Below, piece after piece: positions 1-7,103 of a stretch of 64,000 nucleotides of DNA (position 1 is its first letter; each line of letters opens with the position of its first letter). Location of the stretch: contig JAHDEJ010000001.1 of assembly GCA_020628865.1 (NCBI GenBank), forward strand, positions 234,395 through 298,394, given 5' to 3'. Position numbers and translations under genes: made by a program. The notes below the pieces were generated by a model, which saw nothing but the letters and a program-made list of their open reading frames with translations, was not told the DNA's origin and searched no databases. Origin of the DNA: Acidimicrobiales bacterium. Lineage in GTDB: Bacteria > Actinomycetota > Acidimicrobiia > Acidimicrobiales > SHLQ01.

Positions 1-420
1 GCGTCGTGGGCCGAGCAGCTCTCGTCGGACGCCGACATCCGGAGTCGACCGTCGCCCGAGGTGTGGAGCACCCTTGAATACGCGGCGCACGTGCGCGACG
101 TGTTCCGACTGTTCCTCGTCCGGCTCGAGCTGATGTTGACCGAGGACAACCCGTTGTTCGCCAACTGGAATCCGAACGAGACTGCCGAGTCCGAGCGCTA
201 CGACCTTCAGGACCCGGCACAGGTCTCGGACGAGCTCGTGGAGGCGGCCCATGCGTTGGCAGACCGGTTCGAACAGCTGACCGAAGACCAGCTCAGTCGG
301 CCGGGACGGCGATCGGACGGAGCCGAGTTCTCCGTTCTCACGTTCGCCCGGTACGAGATCCACGACCCGATGCATCACCTGTGGGACGTGACCGGGGAAT
401 GGCAGGGCCCCTCCCGCTGA
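1..420 (+). CDS. DinB-family (DinB_2-like) protein, 5' end outside window
   Basis: The reading frame is open from base 1 with no stop. The sequence WSTLEYAAHVRDV...YEIHDPMHHLWDV fits the DinB-type helical-bundle His pattern. Stop at 418-420. Confidence 0.55.
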   Translation, partial: ASWAEQLSSDADIRSRPSPEVWSTLEYAAHVRDVFRLFLVRLELMLTEDNPLFANWNPNETAESERYDLQDPAQVSDELVEAAHALADRFEQLTEDQLSRPGRRSDGAEFSVLTFARYEIHDPMHHLWDVTGEWQGPSR

Positions 421-423
421 GGC

Positions 424-1851
424 TCACCAGCTGATCTGGTCGAACATCGCCCAGAGCTTGCGTGCGCGAACCGGGTTGGTTGCCTGGACGTGTCCGATTC
501 GACCTTCGAGGTGCGCCCGATAGTTCGGGTGTCCACGCCGATTCGCGACGGCGGGTCCGTGGTGCACCGCCTCGTGCAGTTGCGCTCGCAGCCGGTCGAG
601 CTCGGCGCGCTCCATGTTGAGGTGCCGGTTCACCGTCATGCCGGTGAGCACCTGCCGTTGGTGGGCGCGTTGCATCCGGGTCTTTTCGGGATGGACGGCG
701 AAGCCCTCATCCCGGACGATGTCCGTGGCGAGTGCAACGAATCGCCGGGCACCCGCTGCGAATTCGTCGTCGCCGGAAACGGCGAAATCGTCGGCGTAGC
801 GGGTGTAGGTGGCATCGAATCGCCGGGCGAGTGCTCGCAGCCGAACGTCGAGGCCGAAGGCGGCCAGATTGGCCAGCGCGGGCGACGTCGGCGCTCCCTG
901 CGGGAGGTGCGGTCCGCGCAGCATCGCCGCCGTGGAAGGATCGATGCGTGCTCCGGGAGCGCCGTGCAGCACCGGCTCGGGTGTGGCGTTCGTGGACAGG
1001 CCGGTCAGCACATGGGCGACCGCGGCCGGGTATCCCATCGCTTCGTAGGTGGCAAAGACCCGACCGACCGGCACCGACGTGAAGAAGCTCCGCAGGTCCA
1101 TCCGCAGGACAAGCCGTCGTCCCGTGTGCGGGGCTGCGAACGTCTGGATCGAACGCCCGGCCCTGAAGCCGTGCGCCGCATCGTGTGGCGGCACGTGGTC
1201 GAGGATGCTCCGCAACAGTCGGCGATGCAGGTACTTCAGGTTCTGCTTCGGGGCCTCCACCAATCGGGCGCCCCCTCGACGCTTCGTCCGCCAGTGGTAG
1301 TTGTAGTGGCGCAGATCCTCGTCCGACACGGTCCGTTCGAGCGAACGGACATCTGCGAACCACTCCAGATATCGAGGGTCGAGACCGAGGAGGTCGGCGA
1401 CGTCCTGGGGGGTCTCGAGCTCGACGACCGGCCACCGACGCTCGTGCATCGACGACGACATGGAACCGATGCCAGGTGCCGGCCATCGCTCCTCGATCTC
1501 GTTCTGCCCGTTCGCCAACCAGTCGACGAGGTCGTGGTGCATCCGCGGCAGGGACTCGACCACTGCAGACTCGATCGCAGTGCGGAAGAGTGCGACGCGC
1601 GGCGACGGCGGCTCGGGGAAGGCCGCGACCACGACGCCGGCGAGGGTCTCGAGCCATGGCTGTGGGGGAATGGCGAGATCGTGGGCGGCACGACCAGCCA
1701 TCTGCGACGGCGCCCAGACACCGTCGCGAAACGCAAACGAGATGATGTCGATCACTCGTTTCCGACGCTTGGCGTTCAGCGGTGGCAGCGGAGCGCTCCG
1801 ACTTTGCGTGTCGTGGGTGCGGTTTCGCAGGCGGAGCCTGCAGCTTCGCAT
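424..1851 (-). CDS. Retron-clade reverse transcriptase (RNA-directed DNA polymerase) with ~170-190 aa N-terminal extension
   Basis: RT motifs are present in order: HYNYHWRTKRRGGARLVEAPKQNLKYLHRRLL, RMDLRSFFTSV, LPQGAPTSPALANL, YTRYADDFAVSG (catalytic YADD), HPEKTR, then the retron-like RQVLTGMTVN and AHLEGRIGHV. The first 32 codons (MRSCRLRLRNRTHDTQSRS...) look non-protein-like, so the true start may be GTG at 1755. Confidence 0.85.
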   Translation of the reverse strand: MRSCRLRLRNRTHDTQSRSAPLPPLNAKRRKRVIDIISFAFRDGVWAPSQMAGRAAHDLAIPPQPWLETLAGVVVAAFPEPPSPRVALFRTAIESAVVESLPRMHHDLVDWLANGQNEIEERWPAPGIGSMSSSMHERRWPVVELETPQDVADLLGLDPRYLEWFADVRSLERTVSDEDLRHYNYHWRTKRRGGARLVEAPKQNLKYLHRRLLRSILDHVPPHDAAHGFRAGRSIQTFAAPHTGRRLVLRMDLRSFFTSVPVGRVFATYEAMGYPAAVAHVLTGLSTNATPEPVLHGAPGARIDPSTAAMLRGPHLPQGAPTSPALANLAAFGLDVRLRALARRFDATYTRYADDFAVSGDDEFAAGARRFVALATDIVRDEGFAVHPEKTRMQRAHQRQVLTGMTVNRHLNMERAELDRLRAQLHEAVHHGPAVANRRGHPNYRAHLEGRIGHVQATNPVRARKLWAMFDQISW

Positions 1852-2042
1852 CCGATGCGATGGCGGTGCACCGCAGCTCCCCCGGGGGTGCCCCGGAGCG
1901 GGTGAGGTCGAGTCGGCGATGCAGGCATCCCGGCTCCCCCTCCCTGTGCTCGAAGCGACTCCGCTGCCGTTGGGGCGAGTGTAGGACGAACGTGCGGGCG
2001 GCCGCCTACTGATCGAACCGGACGGTACCGCTACGGTTCCCG

Positions 2043-2879
2043 ATGGGAGGATCCATGATCATCGACAGCCATGTGCACCTGATGCCGCCACGATTGGGGC
2101 GAGCGATCCGAGCGTTCTTCGAACGGCACATCGGGGATCAACTCGTCTACCCGAGCGACGCAGCGGTGGTCCTGGACCGCCACCACGCAGCCGGAGCGGT
2201 GGCGGTATGGAACCTGCCCTACGCCCACAAACCGGGAATGGCCGACGATCTCAATGCCGGCATGGCGGAGGTTGCGGCTGCGCACGCCGAGCACCCCGTC
2301 CACATCGTGACGGGCTGCACCGTGCACCCGGGCGACGAGCAGCCGCAGGACACGCTGCGCCGGGCGTTCGAGCTGCACGGTGCCCGCGTGCTCAAGCTGC
2401 ACTGTTCGGTCGGTTCGTACGATGCCGACGACCCTCGGCTCGCCCCGGTTTTCGACGCAGCCGGTGAGCTGGCCATGCCGGTGGTCGTGCATGCGGGCCA
2501 CGATGTGAGCGGGCACACCCACGGCCACGAACTGGCACCGATCGCCCGAGTGGCCGAGCGTCATGGCGACACGACGGTGATCGTGGCGCACTGCGGTCAC
2601 GAGGGGAACGATGAAACGACGGCGCTGATGCGTCGCCTCCCGAACCTCTGGGCAGACCTCACCCCGGTGGTGCTGGAACACCCCGATGTGGACGCTGCTC
2701 AACTCGCAGAGTTCGCAGACCGGATGCTCCTCGGAACGGATGCTCCGAACACCGGCCGTTCACTCGACGACCAACTCACCTGGCTCCGACACGAGGCCAG
2801 CGCCCACGAGTCCTTCACCGCCGAGTCGCTCGCTGCAATCCTCGGCGAGAACGCAACCCGCCTCATCCCACTGCCCTAG
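2043..2879 (+). CDS. Amidohydrolase-family metal-dependent hydrolase (TIM barrel)
   Basis: N-terminal IIDSHVHLMPP metal-binding motif, later VVVHAGH and HCGHEG, and C-terminal LLGTDAPN, as in the amidohydrolase_2 family. Confidence 0.75.
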   Translation: MGGSMIIDSHVHLMPPRLGRAIRAFFERHIGDQLVYPSDAAVVLDRHHAAGAVAVWNLPYAHKPGMADDLNAGMAEVAAAHAEHPVHIVTGCTVHPGDEQPQDTLRRAFELHGARVLKLHCSVGSYDADDPRLAPVFDAAGELAMPVVVHAGHDVSGHTHGHELAPIARVAERHGDTTVIVAHCGHEGNDETTALMRRLPNLWADLTPVVLEHPDVDAAQLAEFADRMLLGTDAPNTGRSLDDQLTWLRHEASAHESFTAESLAAILGENATRLIPLP

Positions 2880-2891
2880 CGCTCATCCCTC

Positions 2892-3002
2892 AGATCTGTG
2901 CAGCTCCAGGTGCCGATCTGACACGTCAGCCTGCAGAGATCGTGAAGCTCAGGATCTGTGCAGCTGGGTGTGCCAACACGGCATCCAGCGCTGCACAGAT
3001 CT
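2892..3002. repeat. Two tandem copies (A 2892-2941, B 2952-3002) of a ~51-bp palindromic element AGATCTGTGCAGC..TGCC-N4-GGCA..GCTGCACAGATCT
   Basis: Read directly from the sequence. Copy B is agGATCTGTGCAGCtgggtgtgccaacacggcatccagcGCTGCACAGATCt. Copy A is a more degenerate version. Each copy can fold as a long hairpin. Confidence 0.85.
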
Positions 3003-3067
3003 CGATGTCAGTGGTGGCGGCTAGCTTCGGGACGACTTCCCCCATGACTGAACCACCGAAGGCACGC

Positions 3068-3979
3068 ATGGGACTTACTGAACTTCGGGCGCACGCGCGG
3101 CTGCACCACGGCGTCTTCAGCCGCCACGAGGCCAACGGGCTGGGCGTCACCGATTCCCAGCTTCGGCGCCGATCCGAATCCGGCGAGCTGGAGCGCATTG
3201 AACGTGGCGTGTTCGCGATCGCCGGCGTGCCGACAGATTGGTACCAACGCGCTCGTATTGCCACCCTCACCACCGGCGGAGTTCTGAGCCACCGCAGCGC
3301 GCTCGTCGTTCATGAGCTCGATGGGTTCAACGCAGGACCGATTCATGTGACGATCCCCAAAGCGCGGGCCGTGCAACGACGTGACGTGGTGGTGCACCGG
3401 TCGACACAGTTCGACCAGATCCGTGTGCAGACGATTCGGTCCATACCGGTCACGCATGTGGAGCGAGCCCTGCTCGACTACGCCGGCCACGTTGGCCGTC
3501 GACGACTCGATTGGGCCGTCGATGCCGCCCTTCGCCAGAACACCTGCGACCTGGGCAGTCTTTTCGAAACATGGGTGGGGCACTCGATACAAGGACGCAA
3601 CGGTTCAGGACCGATGCGGCAGCTGCTCGATGAGCGCGACGCGAGAGATCCGGTGCCCGACAGCCGCTGGAACCGGATGGTCGGCCGACTCATCGAGGAC
3701 TCGAACCTTCCCCGGCCGGTCTACGAGCACGAGATCTCCGGCGCCGACGGCCGCTTCCTTGCACGCGTCGACCTCGCCTTTCCCCTTCATCGTGTGGCGA
3801 TCGAACTCGACAGCGTCCGATGGCACCTCAACCGGGCGTCGTTCGAGGCCGACCCCCGCCGCAAGAACCGGTTGACGATTGCGGGCTGGACGCTCCTCAC
3901 CTTCACGTGGTCCGACTACGTCGACCAGCCCGCACGCCTGATCTCGACGGTCGAGTCCGCGCTCCGCAACGCCGCCTGA
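3068..3979 (+). CDS. AbiEi_4-like N-terminal HTH plus DUF559 (Vsr/restriction-endonuclease-like) domain protein
   Basis: The N-terminus LRAHARLHHGVFSRHEANGLGVTDSQLRRRSESGELERIERGVFAI is typical of AbiEi-type antitoxin-like domains. The C-terminus VAIELDSVRWHLNRASFEADPRRKNRLTIAGWTLLTFTWSDY is DUF559-like. Start chosen at ATG 3068 (GAAGG 5 nt upstream). ATG 3005 and ATG 3044 are alternatives. The track start at 2942 lies inside repeat copy B. Confidence 0.7.
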   Translation: MGLTELRAHARLHHGVFSRHEANGLGVTDSQLRRRSESGELERIERGVFAIAGVPTDWYQRARIATLTTGGVLSHRSALVVHELDGFNAGPIHVTIPKARAVQRRDVVVHRSTQFDQIRVQTIRSIPVTHVERALLDYAGHVGRRRLDWAVDAALRQNTCDLGSLFETWVGHSIQGRNGSGPMRQLLDERDARDPVPDSRWNRMVGRLIEDSNLPRPVYEHEISGADGRFLARVDLAFPLHRVAIELDSVRWHLNRASFEADPRRKNRLTIAGWTLLTFTWSDYVDQPARLISTVESALRNAA

Positions 3980-3981
3980 CC

Positions 3982-4091
3982 AGATCTGTGCAGCGCCATG
4001 TGCCGCATAGGCACACCCAGCTGCACAGATCTTGGGGTTCAGAATCTGTGCAGCGCTGGATGCCGTCGTGGCATCTCACGCTGCACAGATC
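3982..4091. repeat. Two further copies (C 3982-4032, D 4041-4091) of the same ~51-bp palindromic element
   Basis: Copy C is AGATCTGTGCAGCgccatgtgccgcataggcacacccaGCTGCACAGATCT. Copy D is AGAATCTGTGCAGCgctggatgccgtcgtggcatctcacGCTGCACAGATC. Copies A and D are both followed by GTGAAG. Confidence 0.85.
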
Positions 4092-4113
4092 GTGAAGGTT
4101 GGGGGGGCTGGTG

Positions 4114-4998
4114 TTAGAGGGTGGCGACGATTTCGGCCATGAGGTCGCCGGCTTCGGTCGGGTTCAGACCGACCTTCACGCCCGCGTCCTCGAGGGCTTC
4201 CATCTTCGCGGCCGCCGTGCCCTTGCCACCCGAGACGATGGCACCGGCGTGGCCCATCTTCTTGCCGGGAGGGGCGGTGACGCCGGCGACGTAGCTGACG
4301 ACCGGCTTGGTCACGTTGGCCTTGATGTACTCGGCTGCCTCTTCCTCGGCCGAACCACCGATCTCGCCGATCATCATGATCGCCTTGGTCTCGGGGTCGG
4401 CTTCGAATGCTTCGAGGCAGTCGATGAAGTTGGTGCCGGGAACCGGGTCTCCGCCGATGCCCACCGAGGTGGTCACGCCGATGTCCTTCTGCTGCAGTTC
4501 GTACACGGCCTGGTAGGTCAGCGTGCCCGAACGGCTCACGACGCCCACCGGACCGCCGGGCTTGGCGATGTGTCCGGCCGTGATGCCGATGTTGGCCTTG
4601 CCGGGGCTGATGATGCCGGGGCAGTTCGGGCCGAGAAGACGCGTGCCGGGGAAGTCGGCCTTCAGCTTGTTGTAGAACCAGGCCTCGTCGTGGGCAGGCA
4701 CGCCCTCGGTGATGACGACGACCAGCTCCATGCCGGCTTCCGCTGCCTCCATCACGGCGCCCTTCACGGCGACCGGCGGCACGAAGACGCAGGATGCGGT
4801 GCATCCGGTGGCGTCACGGGCTTCGGCGACCGAAGCGAAGATCGGCATGCCGTCCACGTCGGTACCGGCCTTCTTCGGGTGGGTTCCGCCCACGACCTTC
4901 GTGCCGTATTCGCGGTTCAGGTTGCCGTAGTAACGGCCGGTCGAGCCGGTGAGGCCCTGGTAGACGACCTTGGTGTTCTCATCGAGAAAGATGCTCAT
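4114..4998 (-). CDS. sucD: Succinyl-CoA synthetase subunit alpha
   Basis: [24 protein letters not shown]..., [11 protein letters not shown] and the [13 protein letters not shown] phosphohistidine-loop region. The gene lies immediately downstream of sucC. Confidence 0.95.
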   Translation of the reverse strand: MSIFLDENTKVVYQGLTGSTGRYYGNLNREYGTKVVGGTHPKKAGTDVDGMPIFASVAEARDATGCTASCVFVPPVAVKGAVMEAAEAGMELVVVITEGVPAHDEAWFYNKLKADFPGTRLLGPNCPGIISPGKANIGITAGHIAKPGGPVGVVSRSGTLTYQAVYELQQKDIGVTTSVGIGGDPVPGTNFIDCLEAFEADPETKAIMMIGEIGGSAEEEAAEYIKANVTKPVVSYVAGVTAPPGKKMGHAGAIVSGGKGTAAAKMEALEDAGVKVGLNPTEAGDLMAEIVATL

Positions 4999-5027
4999 TG
5001 TTCGTTCCTTCGTTCCGTAGTCGTCGT

Positions 5028-6170
5028 TCAGCCGGCTGCCAGGGCGACGGCCTTCTCGGCAGCGCTCAGCATCGTGGTTTCCATCATCAGCGCATCGCCG
5101 AGATGCGGGGCGAGCATGTCGCGGCCCTCTTGCGCATTCGTGCCGTCGAGGCGGATCACGATCGGACTGTCGATCGACACCCGCTTCATGGCCTCGATGA
5201 TGCCCTCGGCCACTTCTTCACCTCGGGTGATGCCACCGAAGATGTTGATGAAGATCGCCTTCACGTTGGGGTCGTTGTTGATGACCTCGAGCGCCCCGGC
5301 CATCACGTCGGCGTTGGCGCCGCCACCGATGTCGAGGAAGTTGGCCGGCTTGCCGCCGACCTGGTTGACCACGTCGACCGTGCTCATGGCGAGGCCGGCA
5401 CCGTTGGCGATCACACCGACGGACCCTTCGAGACCGACGTACTGGAGACCCTTGGCGTGGGCGGCCTCCTCCCGCTCGTCGCGGGTCTGCGTCTCGTCGT
5501 ACTGGGCGTAGTCCGGGTGACGGAACTCGCTGTTGCCGTCGAGCGTGACCTTGGCGTCGAGCACGTGCACGACACCCTCGGGGGTGAGGATGAGCGGATT
5601 GATCTCGACCATGTCGGCGTCGCCCTCGACGTACGCCGTGTACAGCTTCTGGAGGATGTCGACCGAGCCCTCGACCGCAGCCTCGGGCAAGCCGGCAGCG
5701 GCCACCCAGTCGCGCACGGTCGCTTCCGACAGACCGACGACCGGATCGACCCAGATCTTCGCAATCGCATCCGGGTTCTCTTCGGCGACGGCTTCGATCT
5801 CGACGCCGCCCTCCTTCGAGAGCATGCCGAGGTGCAGCTTGGCGGAACGGTCCAGCGTGAAGCTTGCGTAGTACTCCTCGGCGATGTCCGACGCCTTTTC
5901 GATCCAGACCCGCTGAACGATGTGCCCCTTGATGTCGAGGCCGAGGATGTTCCCCGCGTGCTCGCGCACAGCGTCGACGTCGGCAGCGAACTTCACGCCA
6001 CCAGCCTTGCCGCGGCCTCCGGTGTGCACCTGAGCCTTGACCATGACCGGCGTGCCGAGTCGCTCGGCCGCAGCAACGGCCTCATCCACCGAGAAGGCAA
6101 TCTCGCCCGGCGACACCGGCATGCCGTACTCGGCAAAGAACTCTTTGCCCTGGTATTCGAACAGATCCAC
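5028..6170 (-). CDS. sucC: Succinyl-CoA synthetase subunit beta (ADP-forming)
   Basis: [19 protein letters not shown], an ATP-grasp N-terminus, and the C-terminal [12 protein letters not shown] motif. Confidence 0.95.
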   Translation of the reverse strand: MDLFEYQGKEFFAEYGMPVSPGEIAFSVDEAVAAAERLGTPVMVKAQVHTGGRGKAGGVKFAADVDAVREHAGNILGLDIKGHIVQRVWIEKASDIAEEYYASFTLDRSAKLHLGMLSKEGGVEIEAVAEENPDAIAKIWVDPVVGLSEATVRDWVAAAGLPEAAVEGSVDILQKLYTAYVEGDADMVEINPLILTPEGVVHVLDAKVTLDGNSEFRHPDYAQYDETQTRDEREEAAHAKGLQYVGLEGSVGVIANGAGLAMSTVDVVNQVGGKPANFLDIGGGANADVMAGALEVINNDPNVKAIFINIFGGITRGEEVAEGIIEAMKRVSIDSPIVIRLDGTNAQEGRDMLAPHLGDALMMETTMLSAAEKAVALAAG

Positions 6171-6326
6171 GCGAGCCTCCGAAGGGGGTTGATTTCCGGC
6201 CGTACCGCGTCGTCTTCGCAGCGGCCACTTGCGATACTAGGCAACACAGCGGTGAACCACCCCGCTTTGCCGGCCGTTTCGGAACAGCATGCGAACGGGC
6301 GGACAACCAACCCTCGGAGAACTGCA

Positions 6327-6872
6327 ATGCCGGTGGCCCAAGGCCCCAAATTCGATCTGCGTAGCGCCGCCGTCATCGGCGGCATCGCCCTCGTCGTGGC
6401 GTTCGGCCTGGGCATCGCTGCGTTGTTCTTCGCTCAGAGCTCCGGGAACATCGAAGTTCGCCTCGGCGACGCGGCCTTCCAGCGCATCGAAACGGATCGC
6501 ATGGCGGAGTCGATCGCCGATCAGGGTCCGGTGTTGTGGCCCGACGTTGCCGGAGGCAGCCGAGACATCTGGCTGCAGCACGTGGGTGACGACAACGGCA
6601 GCGGATGGACGGCATTCGACGCCCGCACGACCGGTGCGTCCCGCGACTGCAACGCCTTGTGGGATGCCGACGCACGCACGTTCACCGACCCCTGCACCGA
6701 CACCGTGTACCCGGAGACGGGTGAGGGACTGCCACAGATCCCCGTGTTTTTCGATGGACGGGAACTGATCATCGACATCAACGGCGTCCACAACGCCGAC
6801 CAGTTCCAGGGCTATCTGTCCGACGAGGACTTCGCCCGCCTCGAGGCAGAGGCTGAGGCCGAAGCCGGCTGA
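6327..6872 (+). CDS. Hypothetical single-pass membrane-anchored protein
   Basis: ATG at 6327 is in frame within the 4998..6872 ORF. TM helix AAVIGGIALVVAFGLGIAALFFA, followed by a soluble domain and an EAEAEAEAG tail. The upstream part of the track ORF is antisense to sucC. Confidence 0.5.
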   Translation: MPVAQGPKFDLRSAAVIGGIALVVAFGLGIAALFFAQSSGNIEVRLGDAAFQRIETDRMAESIADQGPVLWPDVAGGSRDIWLQHVGDDNGSGWTAFDARTTGASRDCNALWDADARTFTDPCTDTVYPETGEGLPQIPVFFDGRELIIDINGVHNADQFQGYLSDEDFARLEAEAEAEAG

Positions 6873-6880
6873 AAAAGGTA

Positions 6881-6916
6881 GAAGCGCCCCGGGCAACCCA
6901 CCTCCCGGGACGCTTC
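6881..6916. terminator. GC-rich hairpin between convergent genes, likely bidirectional terminator
   Basis: gaagcgccccggg (6881-6893) pairs with cccgggacgcttc (6904-6916), a 13-bp stem with one mismatch. On the minus strand it is followed by TACCTTTTTC, which fits termination of pcrA transcription. Confidence 0.5.
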
Positions 6917-7103
6917 GAAACCAAGTCCACCGATGCCCGCCAGCATCACTTGGCATTTACTAGGGGCTCGCCGCCTCTGTGTTCATCATGAAATCAGGAA
7001 CCAGCGGCTGAATCTGACAACTAGTTGTCTTTTCGGGCAGGTTTTTTGGATTTCTTGTCCAGAACGGCCAAATCACGCCGATAGAGGTCGTTTGCTTCAC
7101 GCC

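Noticed and set aside
490-1905. 471-aa plus-strand ORF covering the RT locus
   Set aside because: It is antisense to a gene with unambiguous RT motifs. Its translation is Arg/Gly/Pro-rich with no motifs, as expected for a shadow ORF in high-GC DNA.
4998-6326. N-terminal ~443 codons of the 624-aa plus-strand ORF
   Set aside because: It is antisense to sucC. Only the last 181 codons (from ATG 6327), which have a TM helix and lie outside sucC, are plausible.
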